From the NCBI GenBank assembly GCA_030295235.1, contig AP026123.1, forward strand, positions 2,046,001 through 2,110,000: a stretch of DNA of 64,000 bases, given 5' to 3'. This document shows, in pieces, positions 1 through 11,800 of this stretch. The translations under genes were made by a program, and so were the position numbers. Each line of letters starts with the position of its first letter. Position 1 is the stretch's first letter. This DNA comes from Fistulifera solaris (Eukaryota). The notes under the pieces were generated by a model. The model had not been told where the DNA came from. It was given only the letters and a program-made list of their open reading frames with translations, and made no database searches.

Positions 1-561
1 TTCGCGTCCGCATTTATTCGTTAATAACGCTTTCAACTTTGATTGAAAATTTGTACAACAAGCTGTCTTTACAATCGTAAGGGCTTCAAAGTATCAATGA
101 AATGAAGATGATTTCGTTCTGGATGCTTTGCAATGCGTACATTTCGCATCAACGCGGTCGGTTTCTTCTTTTCGGAGGAATAATTCGCGTCGTGACTCGA
201 CTCGTGACAAGACTAAGAGTATGCCTTGGATGTCGCATAGGCTACGTATCCAGCGTCAGTCAGTCCTTGGCGTCAGTAGAATTAGCTTTCGACCGCTAAG
301 AACAATATCATCCGTTCTGCGAAAATTCCTTTGATTTGAATTGGAGCAGAAAGTGAAGTAATCCTGTTAAGAGACAAGCCACAAGAAAGGTTTGCATGAA
401 TATTCAAATAGTATGAGGGATGGCATAATCTTAATTTTTATGAATTTTTACGCTTTCGCGTCATTATGCTACGCATGTAATCGGCAAAGATTACGGAATG
501 ATGATAACTCTGTCATTCTGCATTATGAAGGTATGTTGTTTGATGTCCATCTTTTGGAAAG

Positions 562-1206
562 TTACACATCGTATGGTCCGTTGCGATATCTGGAGCCGCC
601 CGTCGACCGAATGTGGCACTCCTCTTCGTCGTCGTCTTCCGAAACGTCCTTGGAGAGATCCGAAACAAGCCCTAATAGTAGGTACACAGAGAGAATGACA
701 TTGAGGGGTAGAAGGACGAAAAACATTTTGGAATTGGTGCCCATGAGAAGATCGACCACCAACCAGAGGAAGCCTGCGCCGAAAACGGCCCCCAACACGA
801 AATGACCCTCAAATTGCGCAAGGTTCGCTTTGAAATGTTTATCGTCCTCTGAATCTTCATCTTGTTTGTTTGATAGGCGACCGATGCGGTTAGCCGATTG
901 CAGAACAGTCCTTAGGATGGCGAGAGTAGCCCAAATAAAAATGAGAGTCACGGCGTTGTAAATGATGGGTAATCCAACGAGACTGAAATGGGTCTGCTGC
1001 AACATATCAGTTCCAAAGATTGTGATAGTCAAAGTGGTAACACCCACGGTAGCCAGTTGAACGGCAACTCCAATCAACAAACCCATCAGGAGAGCCGGAC
1101 CGCGCCAGCTGGTCCGACTTTCGCTATTTCTGCCGGCATCGAGCAAGGGAAGAGCCGAGTCTTCGAAGTTAATTGTCTTCGTTTCATTGATTTGTTGCGT
1201 CGACAT
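562..1206 (-). CDS. Hypothetical multi-pass membrane protein
   Basis: ORF from ATG 1206 (MSTQQINE). About four hydrophobic segments (ALLMGLLIGVAVQLATVGV, LVGLPIIYNAVTLIFIW, FVLGAVFGAGFLWLVV, FFVLLPLNVILSVYLLLGLV) and an acidic tail. Confidence 0.65.
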   Translation of the reverse strand: MSTQQINETKTINFEDSALPLLDAGRNSESRTSWRGPALLMGLLIGVAVQLATVGVTTLTITIFGTDMLQQTHFSLVGLPIIYNAVTLIFIWATLAILRTVLQSANRIGRLSNKQDEDSEDDKHFKANLAQFEGHFVLGAVFGAGFLWLVVDLLMGTNSKMFFVLLPLNVILSVYLLLGLVSDLSKDVSEDDDEEECHIRSTGGSRYRNGPYDV

Positions 1207-2305
1207 TGTTTTTAAAATATCAGCTCTGTTGCAATTGGTTTGCAACTTGCAAAGTGTCGATAGTTAGGTTTGATGCTGTTGAGGAAGTATGACAACGAAA
1301 GAATTTGATTGTTCATGTTTTGCCCGTCTCATCGAGAACAACATCGACTGGTTTGGCCGCCTTCGGCATTTGGTGGCGAGCGTCCCTTGAAGATTTTATA
1401 AATTTCAATGTGACCCATAGTGAAACAGTAAAACGAAGTGAATGGATGGGAATTTTACTTATTAGTTCTACGACCAAGATTTAAAAGCCAGTCATACCCA
1501 AAGAACATGACTGATGATTTGTGACTTATGACTTATGACCGATGACCCAGATATCCAGTCCCGGGTCCCCAACCTCTCCAGTTCTCGATCAATCATCAAT
1601 CATCAATCAATAAACTTCAATTATTACTCCAGCGCCACGAGCCGAGACCAAGGTCTGAGCTCTGAGCTAGGGAGAGGGGCCAAGTAGTAGGCTCATGTTC
1701 AACTGTTGGACACACAGCCAACATCAAGGCAAAATGATACGGAGTACAGAGCAACGACAAACAGCAAGGAGTCAAACAAGCGCAACACGCATTCCTGGTA
1801 ACAATAACCTGTGACACCAAACTGCAAACAAACTTCAGAAGAACAAAGGTTAAATGGGTCTTGGAAATTATTTTGTGACCTGCAAACCGAAAATCCTACT
1901 CATTGCGAATTGCGAAGTAGGGTGCCGCCCTCATTCACGATCAAGATGCGGTTGCGGACTTACGAGCGTCCGATCCAAAGTTACAGTAACAAACAAAAAG
2001 TCTAAACGTCGTACTAGTACTCAAACCGATATCATGTACCGTGCTTATGGAACAAGACTGGTCCTGTGATGTCATAATGACGTTTGGAAAGGAATTCAAC
2101 CGGAACCCAAAAAACCTAAAGAAAGAACGGAAGCCGGAAGCCGGAAGCCGGAAGCAATCAGCAATCAGCAATGGCAAACCGGCAACACACCTTTTGCCTT
2201 TCGCAGCAACTTTTCAAAGGAAATCATAGAGTTGTCGTCGAAGGAATAACATTGCATTTTAAAAAATTTGACTGATATTCCGGTGTATACGAAGCAAGCT
2301 ATACT

Positions 2306-2866
2306 ATGAGCAGTAGCTTTATCGAAAGTAGTTTCGATTATCAAAGCCTTCTCCCCTCCCGATTTCGAAGCGACCGGCTTGATGTTGAATCGATTGAGGA
2401 GCCCGTCGATGAGACCGGAGAAGCGTGTAGCTGTTTTCCCGAAATGACCTGGCGAGAAAGGTTGCTGGGGTGCGCTACCTGTATGCTGTGTGGTTACATG
2501 CTTTCCTTTGGAAGTTTTTGGCGCATCAAAGATCTAGTGATCAATCACGATCCTCTTCCGTTTGTTTTGAATGCGACGATTGGCAATATCATCGCTCTTG
2601 CGGGGTCTTTCTTTCTCACCGGACCCAAAGCGCAGTGGAGGAACATGTGGCTAGAGAAACGACGTATCGCAACCGGATTGTATCTCGGATCTCTATTTTT
2701 AACGTTATTTGTGGCGTTTCTACCGATTCCCGGACCGGAAGGCTTCTATTTGCTTCTACTGATGCTCTGTCAGTATGTATCCATCACGTGGTATACTCTC
2801 TCGTATGTTCCATTCGCTCACGACATCATAGTGGGCTTTGTGCGACGAAGAATCACAGGGTCATAA
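2306..2866 (+). CDS. SFT2: Got1/SFT2-family vesicle transport protein
   Basis: MTWRERLLGC...GNIIALAGSFFLTGPKAQWRNM...RRIAT...WYTLSYVPFA matches the SFT2D1/2 tetraspan pattern. Confidence 0.9.
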   Translation: MSSSFIESSFDYQSLLPSRFRSDRLDVESIEEPVDETGEACSCFPEMTWRERLLGCATCMLCGYMLSFGSFWRIKDLVINHDPLPFVLNATIGNIIALAGSFFLTGPKAQWRNMWLEKRRIATGLYLGSLFLTLFVAFLPIPGPEGFYLLLLMLCQYVSITWYTLSYVPFAHDIIVGFVRRRITGS

Positions 2867-3412
2867 ATCAACAATTTGGATCCCAGCATCACATTCATTC
2901 ATTTGTAAGCACCGGACTATGAAATTTTGAATTCATTGTAGAACAAATCAATTCACGACTATTACCTGCAAACTTCTCATGTGGCTTCGTGCGCGGAATG
3001 CTTGGTTCTTTTTCAGCAGGACGTACGTCAAACCTATCGCTGCGTGCTCTCCATGACTTTCTAATAGGCATCCAATGATGAAAGCGCACGCTTACGACAT
3101 GAACATCAGAGCTCAGCTTTCTGAAGGCGACAATCAACGGCTTGAAAATATATCATCTCCCGATATGCACGGACAGTTTGAATATTACACCTTTACGCTT
3201 TTCTCGGAGAAAGCTGTACTACTTTCCATTGTCCAAAAAGGTTTCGTCAAACTGTCAAATTCCCTGCGACCAGCGACCTAAACGTCGTTTTCGTCCACCA
3301 ATCAGATCGAGGGGTTTTCGTGAACCAGCCCCTCAACATATTCGCTGTCATGAAGAGCTTCTATCATGGCGCTTTCGTGCATAATTCTGAGTGATGCATT
3401 AAAATCTTTACG

Positions 3413-5296
3413 ATGCTTTCCGCGAACACTGACATCAAGATTGCGCTGATCGGGCACGTGTCTGTGGGTAAGACGACGGTCCTTAATGCGTTGTTTCGTG
3501 ACAAGTTCGGAGAGGTTTCGATGAAACGAACGACTGCGGGAATCAACTACTTTCGTATCATCTCCAATAAGCTGAAAGCGAACAAACGACTCAAAGTGGA
3601 AGAGAGTGCGGAAGAACCGACCGAAGAAAATGGAAAACGGAAGATCGGTATTGCGTCTTACGACACAAAGTCCGCAGGGGCGATTCTCAAGGAGATTACG
3701 CCCGACAACAAGGCCTTTCGAAACTCTTCGGCTATCCACGAGAAGTTCTTTGACATTGAACACGACGAACCGCTGTGTGACATGCGCAAGGATACAGATC
3801 TTGTTGTTGTCGACGTACCGGGCATCAACGAGGCCGGCGCTGGTAGCAAGTATCGGGACTTTGTGGAGAAGAAGTGGCACACGTTTGATGTTGTTGTCCT
3901 GGTGATGGACGGGAAACAAGGTGTCAACACCGAAGAGCAGTTGAAGCTCCTTCAGTTTGTCAAGAACAACCAAGAAACGAAACGGAGAGTTTCTTTGATT
4001 ATTCTTCTGAACAAAGTGGATGATCCCGATGATGAAGAACAGTCCGTTCTTGTTGACGAATCTCGTAAGGAGGCAGAGAAGCAGTTCAATTGCACGCTCG
4101 AAAAGCTCCTTCACAACACTCAAAAAGGCGCCAAGAGTAAGATGAGCAAACTTACTCCAATTCTCATTCCGACGTCTGCTATGCACGCCTACTTCTATTG
4201 TACCGCGTCGCTGATGACCTTCGATCAGTTCAAGAAGTTTGACAAGGATCTCATCGAAAAGATTGGCCGAGAAGAGGTTGGTAAATTCAGATGGAAGAAC
4301 CTTAGTGAGGATAAGAAGTACCAAGCCGTCTACGAAGCCGTCAGTGAGGAAGGACAGTACAAGGAACGTCTCGAAGCCACGAACTTTGACAAGTTTCTCG
4401 AAGCTTTGAGGGACTTCATTGGCGACGAATTGGCTCAGCTGAAGATTTTACAAGAACAGGTCAGGGTTTCATTGAAGAACTTATCTCCCAAGGAGGGCTT
4501 GGCGAACCAGTTTCGTGCTGCTTACGAAAAATCCAAAGCTGTGGGTATGCAGTTTGCGAATCTCAGTGATCACTTCTGGACGACTTATAACGAATTGGAA
4601 AAGCAAGTGATGAGCGACGTCAAGGGACCAACAACTATAGGCCTTCTTTCCGAAGCGATGACTGAACTCAAGTGTTTTCATAACTTGGCCAACCAAGCCT
4701 CTTGGGAAGAGGATCAAAACAAGGCTCTTGAGCGCATGAGAGGTCTCATTCGTCGCCCGCTACTTCTAGTCTTTGAAAAGGCGTCCGAATGTACGAACAA
4801 GATGGCATCTGGTGCTTACCTACCCAAATCACCACCACACGAGTGGTCTGACCTATCTCCATTGGACTGGCACACGATCTGTAACTCCTTTTTGTTACTA
4901 TCGTACAACAAGACGTTCTGCTGCACCTTTGGCTTTGAAAAGAATCTTGTTGAGATCATCAAAGATAGTTTAAGTATTTCATCGTTGAGCTGCGCGTTCT
5001 GTTGTGAAAGTCTCACATGGGAAGCTCGAAACAAATACGGTAACTGTGGAAACTCTAACTATGGTAGTGATTACCGCTCCCACAATCGTTGCGATAGTTG
5101 CGGGAATCAAGCGTCCCAGCCCGGCAGTATCTTCGCTTTTACTCTCGATAATAAATCAGAACTGTGCGCCGTTAACAAGAATTTGTATATGCACGCCTTC
5201 ACTCTGGCAACGCCGACGTCTTTTTCCGATCCTAAACACTGTGGGCATCTAGCCTGGGTATACTGTGAAGTCATCGACTCCTTGCACGCGATGTAA
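3413..5296 (+). CDS. Dynamin-like/TRAFAC P-loop GTPase with Cys-rich C-terminus, tandem copy 1 (intact, 627 aa)
   Basis: G1 GHVSVGKT, G2 KRTT, G3 DVPG, G4 LNKVD. Long helical middle region. C-terminal CxxC...CxxC. No intron. Confidence 0.8.
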   Translation: MLSANTDIKIALIGHVSVGKTTVLNALFRDKFGEVSMKRTTAGINYFRIISNKLKANKRLKVEESAEEPTEENGKRKIGIASYDTKSAGAILKEITPDNKAFRNSSAIHEKFFDIEHDEPLCDMRKDTDLVVVDVPGINEAGAGSKYRDFVEKKWHTFDVVVLVMDGKQGVNTEEQLKLLQFVKNNQETKRRVSLIILLNKVDDPDDEEQSVLVDESRKEAEKQFNCTLEKLLHNTQKGAKSKMSKLTPILIPTSAMHAYFYCTASLMTFDQFKKFDKDLIEKIGREEVGKFRWKNLSEDKKYQAVYEAVSEEGQYKERLEATNFDKFLEALRDFIGDELAQLKILQEQVRVSLKNLSPKEGLANQFRAAYEKSKAVGMQFANLSDHFWTTYNELEKQVMSDVKGPTTIGLLSEAMTELKCFHNLANQASWEEDQNKALERMRGLIRRPLLLVFEKASECTNKMASGAYLPKSPPHEWSDLSPLDWHTICNSFLLLSYNKTFCCTFGFEKNLVEIIKDSLSISSLSCAFCCESLTWEARNKYGNCGNSNYGSDYRSHNRCDSCGNQASQPGSIFAFTLDNKSELCAVNKNLYMHAFTLATPTSFSDPKHCGHLAWVYCEVIDSLHAM

Positions 5297-5831
5297 ACCG
5301 ACAAAGTACAAAAGTCAATCAAAAAGTAACTGCGAAGCAAATAACATATTAAATAAACACTTGGTAATCATAGTCTAGAAGTGACTTTTTCGATAGGAGT
5401 CAGGAGTTCGAAAGCGGAACGAAAATAGTCCACCCGCTTGGCCATCGTTGATGCAGGGCCTAAATTTCACCCTTCTAAACGGCATAGAGACTTAACAGAG
5501 ACTGCAGAACAAGGTAGGTCAATCCAGGGACATGGTCTTACCTGGTAAATGCAATCAACAAAGATTTTCTGGAAGCTCTAAGAAAGCGAGTTATGTTTTG
5601 ATGATTGCCGTTTGGACAAGTTATGACTTACTACGCACATCGAACGCAGTCACTTTGAACTTTGAACTACGGAGTAAACCTTCTACTCAAAACTCAAAAA
5701 GCGAACCCGAGGAAAATTCGCCAACCAATCAAATTGAAGCAGATATGAACGCTTCGGCTACAATACTTGTGTTTGTCTCAACAGCTTGAAAGCTTTCATT
5801 TTCTTCCAAATACAAGATCTCAAAAGATACA

Positions 5832-7695
5832 ATGATGGTGAAAGCTAAGACTGACATCCAAGTTGCGCTGATCGGGCACGTGTCTGTGGGTAAGACGACG
5901 GTCCTTAATGCGTTGTTTCGTGACAAGTTCGGAGAGGTTTCGATGAAACGAACGACTGCGGGAATCAACTACTTTCGTATCATTCCCAAGCAAAAGAATG
6001 CAAGCAAGAAACCCAACGGAGCAAAGACTGCTAAGGGGTCGGTTGACGAAATTGGTAAGCAGTGGGTCGATATTGCGTCTTACGACACAAAGTCCGCAGG
6101 AGCGATTCTCAAGGAGATTACGGCCGACAACATGGCCTTTCGAAACTCTTCGGCTATCCACGAGAGGTTCTTTGACATTGAACTCGACGAACCGCTGTGT
6201 GACATGCGTAAAGATGCAGATCTTGTTGTTGTTGATGTACCGGGCATCAACGAGGCCAGCGCTGGTAGCAAGTATCGGGACTTTGTGGAGAAGAAGTGGG
6301 ACACGTTTGATGTCGTTGTCCTAGTGATGGACGGTAAACAAGGTGTTAACACCGAAGAGCAGTTGAAGCTCCTTCAGTTTGTCAAGAACAACCAAGAAAC
6401 GAAACGTAGAGTTTCCTTGATTATTCTTTTGAACAAAGTGGATGATCCCGATGATGAAGAACAGTCCGTTCTTGTTGACGAATCTCGTAAGGAGGCAGAG
6501 AAGCAGTTCAACTGCACGCTCGGAAAGCTCCTTCACAACACTCAAAAAAAGCGCCAAGAGTAAGTCGAGCATATTTACTCCAGTCCTTATTCCGACGTCT
6601 GCTATGCACGCCTACTTCTATTGTACCGCGTCGCTGATGACCTTCGATCAGTTTAAGAAGTTTGACAAGGATCTCATCGAAAAGATTGGCCGAGAAGAGG
6701 TTGGTAAATTCAAATGGAAGACCCTTAGTGAGGATAAGAAATACCAAGCCGTGTACGAAGCCGTTAGTGAGGAAGGACAGTACAAGGAACGTCTCGAAGC
6801 CACAAACTTTGACAAATTTCTCGAAGCTTTGAGAGACTTCATTGGTGACGAATCGGCTCAGCTGAAGATCTTACAAGAACAGGTCAGGGTTTCATTGAAA
6901 AACCTATCTCCCAAAGAGGGCTTGGCAGATCAATTTGAGTCTGCATACGAGAAGTCGAAAGTAGTCTGCATGCCCGCAACAGACCTTAGCAATCACTTCT
7001 GGGTCAAGTACAACGACCTAGAACAAAGAGTCATCAAAGACTTTGTAGGGCCCGCATCGATTTGCATCCTGTCTGAAGCAATGAACGAACTGAAGAGCTT
7101 CTATGATATAGCGCACCGCGCTTCTTGGGAGGAGGATCAACAAAAGGCTCTTGAACGAATGAAAGGCCTTGTGCGTCACCCACTGCTACCTTTGCTAGAG
7201 AAGGCGACAGCATGCAAAAATCAAATGCAAGAAGGTGCTTTTACTTCAAAGTCTCCCCCAATTCAGTGGACCCATTTATCTCCCTTGGACTGGCATACGA
7301 TCTGTAGTTCATTTTTGTTGCTTTCGTTCAACAAAACTTTTTGCACGACCTTTGGCTACGAAAAGATGTTGGTAGAGATGGTCAAAGATCGCCTCAGCTT
7401 GTCTTCGCTGAGCTTCACGTACTGTTGCTCCAAGGTTACATGGGAAGGTCAGGAAAGTAACGGAATTCGTAACGGAGGCTACACTCGCTGCGGAAGCTGT
7501 GGCAGTCAACATTACAAAAAGCAAGCGAATATATTCGCTTTTGACTTGAACAGTAATTCAGAGCTACGTCCCATCAACAAAGATGTTTATGCCAGCGCGT
7601 TCACTCAACAAATTCCGACGACCATATCGGATCCAAAACATTGGGGACATCTTGCTTGGGTGTACTGCGAGGTCGTGGAGTCCCATACAGCGTGA
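5832..7695 (+). CDS. Dynamin-like GTPase, tandem copy 2 (one +1 frameshift in the A7 run at 6544-6550)
   Basis: ORFs 5832..6563 and 6442..7695 together align end to end with copy 1. Copy 1 reads CAAAAAGGCGCC where copy 2 reads CAAAAAAAGCGCC. Confidence 0.8.
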
Positions 7696-8219
7696 TCCTT
7701 AAAGGATCTCTGAAAGAATACACATTACATGAAGTAGAAATGATTCATTGTCATTTCTTTTGGTAAAGGTTAGGTAGGGAGACGCCAATGCATTTTTTAA
7801 AATAGTGTCGTTGATGCACAGACCACCGACCTCAACACTTTCTCGTGACGCAGCACCTCCCTTCAAATCCAAGACGCTTGCTGGATGGACGTTCGTTGCG
7901 GTGGACGAAACATGTTCACATCGCATCTAATGACATGTATGATACAGTTGCGAGTGTTTATTCTTTTCCTGGAAACAATATTTTTTTAAAAAGATCATCA
8001 TCGCGTCGCGTGGAGGATGAGTCGTCGTCGCGTTGGTAAAACAACGTACACTCGCAGCGGTTCTGCTATTTTGCATTCGAAGAAAGATGCGCGCAAAGAT
8101 CGCGATGCGCGAGGCGCGAGATATGTGCGCTCCCTTTTGTGCATCCACTTCCAAACAAATGAGGTCTAAATAATATCGTTTCGTTGCGTCCCTCGGTTTA
8201 TTCACAGGTGAAACTAATA

Positions 8220-10045
8220 ATGATGGCACCCGCCAAAGCTGAAATTAAGGTCGCCCTGATCGGGCATGTTTCGGTCGGTAAGACAACGGTCCTGAACGCA
8301 TTGTTCCGCGATAAGTTCGGAGAGGTTTCGATGAAGCGAACCACGGCCGCGGTCAACTACTTTCGTATCGTATCTAAAAGACCTACTGAGGATAAAGCGG
8401 AAGCAGGATCGACGGAAGAAAAGAGTAAACAGTGGGCCGATGTTGCGTCCTATGATACCAAGTCGGCAGGTTGTATTCTCAAGGAAATTACGGAGGACAA
8501 CAAAGAGCTGAGGAATGCGTCTGGTATCAAAGAGAAGTTTTTCGATATTGAACTCGACGACCCGTTGTGTGACATGCGAGAGAACACGAACCTTGTTGTC
8601 GTCGACATCCCGGGAATCAACGAAGCTGGTGTCGGTAGCAAGTACAGGGATTTCGTTGAGAAGAAATGGGACAAGTTTGATGTTGCCGTTTTGGTGATGG
8701 ACGGAAAGCAAGGTGTCAACACGGAGGAGCAGTTGAAGCTTCTCCAGTTTGTCAAGAGTAATCAAGAAGCGAAGAGACAGATTCCCTTGATTATTCTTCT
8801 GAACAAGGTCGACGATCCGGATGATGAAATACAAGCAGTACTTGTCGATGAGTCGCGTCAGGAGGTTGAAAAGCAGTTTGGCTGTCGAATTGAAGAGCCC
8901 CTTACCACGCATAACGAACCTCGCAAAGAGGCGCCCATCCCCGTTCTCATCCCGACGTCTGCCATGCATGCCTACTTTTACCGTACTGCGTCACAGATGA
9001 CGTTCGATCAGTTCAAGTCGATCGACCAGGAGCTCATCGAAAAGATGGGCCGCGAGGAAATTGGTAGATTCAAATGGAAGGAACTCAGCGAAGATAAACG
9101 CTATCAAGCCGTTTATGATGCGGTCAGCGGGGAAGGGCAGTACAATGAGCGTCTCGAAGCTACGAATTTCGACAAACTTCTTAGCGCTCTGAAGGAAATC
9201 ATCGGCGATGAGCAAACTCAACTTATTACCTTGCGAGAGCAGGTCTTGGTAACATTAAGCAACCTTCCGAAGAAGCAAGGGTTGACTGATGAATTCAAGT
9301 CAGCCTACGAGAAGTCAAAGACGGTGGGTATGCCAGCAGAACCTCTTCGCGATATGTATTGGAGCATGTACGAGGAACTAGAAAAGCGGGTAATTGGTGC
9401 CTTCGTAGGACCCGCGGCGAGACACGTTTTGTCAGAGCCAATGATTGAAATGGCAATTTTTTACGAGCTAGCCTGCCGAGCATCGTGGGAAGATGACCAG
9501 AAAAAAGCTCTTGATCGTATGAGATTTCTCGTTCGCCACCTCTTGGTCTTTATTTTCAAAAACGTGAAGGAATGCAAAGAAAAGATGAAAACGGGCACCG
9601 TTGTTCCGAAGTCTCCCCACTTGAATGGTCAGACTTATCTCCTTTGGACTGGCATTCAATCTGTAGTTCCTTTTGTTACTAGGGTACAGCAAATCTTTCT
9701 GCAGCACTTTTGGCCGTGAAAAAATGCTGCTTGAAATCTTGAGAGACAGTCTCATGGTTCTCGTATTGTACTCATTGTAAATGTTGGGTGGCTCGTAATA
9801 AGGATGTCAATTATGGCAGCAGCAACTACCACTCTCAAGGCCGTTGCATGTGTGGCTCGCAGTACACCGATCCAACCAGTAGCTTCACTTTTGTTATGGA
9901 CGAAGAACTAGAGCTTATTCCCACTGATAGCACGCTCTTCTCAACTATTTTCACCCAGCCACTCCCGACAGCGTTCTCGGATCCTAAGCATTGGGGACAT
10001 CTTGCCTGGCTGTATTGTGAGGTTGTTGACTCGCATACAAAGTGA
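8220..10045 (+). CDS. Dynamin-like GTPase, tandem copy 3 (frameshifts near 9615 and ~9760)
   Basis: Same G1-G4 motifs (GHVSVGKT, DIPG, LNKVD). After frame changes it continues LSPLDWHSICSSFLLL and ends SDPKHWGHLAWLYCEVVDSH like the other copies. Confidence 0.8.
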
Positions 10046-10159
10046 AGGATGATAGTTTGGACGCGTGCGCTCGTCAACCTGTCTATCATTTATTGTTTGA
10101 GCCGTAAGATCTGTAAAACCAAAGATACGAACAGCCATGCCATATAAACGCGTCTTATT

Positions 10160-11800
10160 TTAGTCAAACATTGAAAAACCCATTCCAATCTGAAAATTTC
10201 GACGGTGGTCAACAGGTCCATACCGCAAAGGCCAGGCATATGTAACGTCCAAGCGCGGACCTAACATTGTTGTAGACAGGCCAACACCCACAGACGCACG
10301 ACTACTGGCCAAAACGTCACGGGGGGACACCGTTTGCCACCGTTGTTGTGAAAATATTTCAGCGCAGGTACCAACAGTCCCGAAGGCAAACATGCGCGTT
10401 CCGGGTGCGGGAACAGCTGCACTCATCATAGCGGTAATCTTGTAGAAAAAGTCACCGCCAATGGCGTCTCCTGTAGAAGACTTGCTGCTGGATGTTTTGG
10501 CAGCACGCGGACCAATGCCAGCTGGAGAAAATCCTTTGAAGTTCGATGGTCCTCCCATCAAGAAGCGATCGCTAAAGGACGCCGATGTTCGACACAGACC
10601 GTCGAAAGAAATCGTTTTTAAAACCCCAAGAGATCCCATAGCGTGGAACGAGATGGGTAACAAGTCGTTTAGCGACCCTAAAAATGACGGAACGGGGACA
10701 TGTAGGGCCACATCGGCTTGACTCTTTAAAAAACCAGCGTCACCTGGCGGCACAGCCGCTTCTGTCTGTATTCGATACTGATACCCACTCGTGGGAAAGT
10801 AGGGAGACGCTTCTGGATCAGAGAATTGGTTTCCTTCAACTCGCAGCGAGACACTGTGCTTCACGGATGGGCCCGAATGAGCTAAAACCTCTGGAGACGC
10901 ATCAAAATGATATGGCAAAGACGAGTGTCTTCGTGGTATTATATCACGAAACAGCAAACTCCATTCAATGCTAGCTCCGAAGGGTGGAAGCGTCTGACGA
11001 GTTGTACATGCGGTCACTGAAAGAAGCCTTTGACACTCTCGGAAACTGCGGGTGAGTTCCCAATCCACCGTATCCCACACAGCCTTCGAGAGAAGTGAAT
11101 ACTGGCTTCCCGAAGGCAAAAGAAGAATCCAGTCGCGTAGAGCAAATCCCGACGGCAAAGCGCTGTACAAAGGGCGCTGATGTTGCAACGACCACGTCGA
11201 CATTTGGTGCGTATCAAGCGTGTATTGTAAATCGGTCGTGTCTAAATATCCAGCAACGTTTCTCAGTCCGACACTAGCTTCGAGTTCAGCCGTTGGCAAA
11301 AAACTTGTATCATGTGTACTGCTGGCCCCAAACGGCGTTGATGTCTGTTGAAAAGCGTCGCGTTTTAGTCCACCGCCTAGGTAGAGCTTGTACCAGTTCT
11401 TTTCGTCCAAAGTCACGGTTAGCTTACGAGATGGATCGCTTTTCTCGTCCTCGGAGCTTGTCGATCCTCCTAATTTAACCTGTACCGCATTAAAACATCC
11501 TGATGCTTCCAATTGCTGCACAAAGCCAGCAACCGCTTCGACGGTTTCTCCCACCGATGTGGGAACCTCAAACAAAAGACCGGCTTCCAGCAGTCGGTGC
11601 TGAATGAGTTCGGAATCCGTTCGGGGAGCGATACCCGCCTTCGTACTTTCAACAAGTGCGGGGAACGAAAATTGCGTTTGATATTGCGCCGCGAATTGCT
11701 GTACGCGTAGCTGCTGTTCGAGTTGCGCCTGTTCTTGCTGGAGCTGACGCATCCTGGCTTCGGTGGCTTGTTGTTGCGTCACGGAAGGAACTAGATTCAT
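10160..11800 (-). CDS. SAM50: Omp85-family beta-barrel, Sam50/Tob55-like
   Basis: POTRA-like N-terminus (LEASGCFNAVQV...VTLDEKNW), LRNVAGYLDT, loop-6-like DRFLMGGPSNFKGFSPAGIGPR, DAIGGD, C-terminal beta-signal FQIGMGFSMF. Confidence 0.8.
   Translation of the reverse strand: MNLVPSVTQQQATEARMRQLQQEQAQLEQQLRVQQFAAQYQTQFSFPALVESTKAGIAPRTDSELIQHRLLEAGLLFEVPTSVGETVEAVAGFVQQLEASGCFNAVQVKLGGSTSSEDEKSDPSRKLTVTLDEKNWYKLYLGGGLKRDAFQQTSTPFGASSTHDTSFLPTAELEASVGLRNVAGYLDTTDLQYTLDTHQMSTWSLQHQRPLYSALPSGFALRDWILLLPSGSQYSLLSKAVWDTVDWELTRSFRECQRLLSVTACTTRQTLPPFGASIEWSLLFRDIIPRRHSSLPYHFDASPEVLAHSGPSVKHSVSLRVEGNQFSDPEASPYFPTSGYQYRIQTEAAVPPGDAGFLKSQADVALHVPVPSFLGSLNDLLPISFHAMGSLGVLKTISFDGLCRTSASFSDRFLMGGPSNFKGFSPAGIGPRAAKTSSSKSSTGDAIGGDFFYKITAMMSAAVPAPGTRMFAFGTVGTCAEIFSQQRWQTVSPRDVLASSRASVGVGLSTTMLGPRLDVTYAWPLRYGPVDHRRNFQIGMGFSMFD

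Noticed and set aside
3290..5740. Shared CCAATCA motif ~110 bp upstream of GTPase copies 1 (3298) and 2 (5725)
   Set aside because: It may be a CCAAT box inherited through the duplication, but it is short and I do not see it before copy 3.
3302..8969. Long antisense ORFs (3302..4324, 8214..8969) opposite the GTPases
   Set aside because: Shadow ORFs produced by sense-strand codon bias. They recur only because the sense genes are duplicated.
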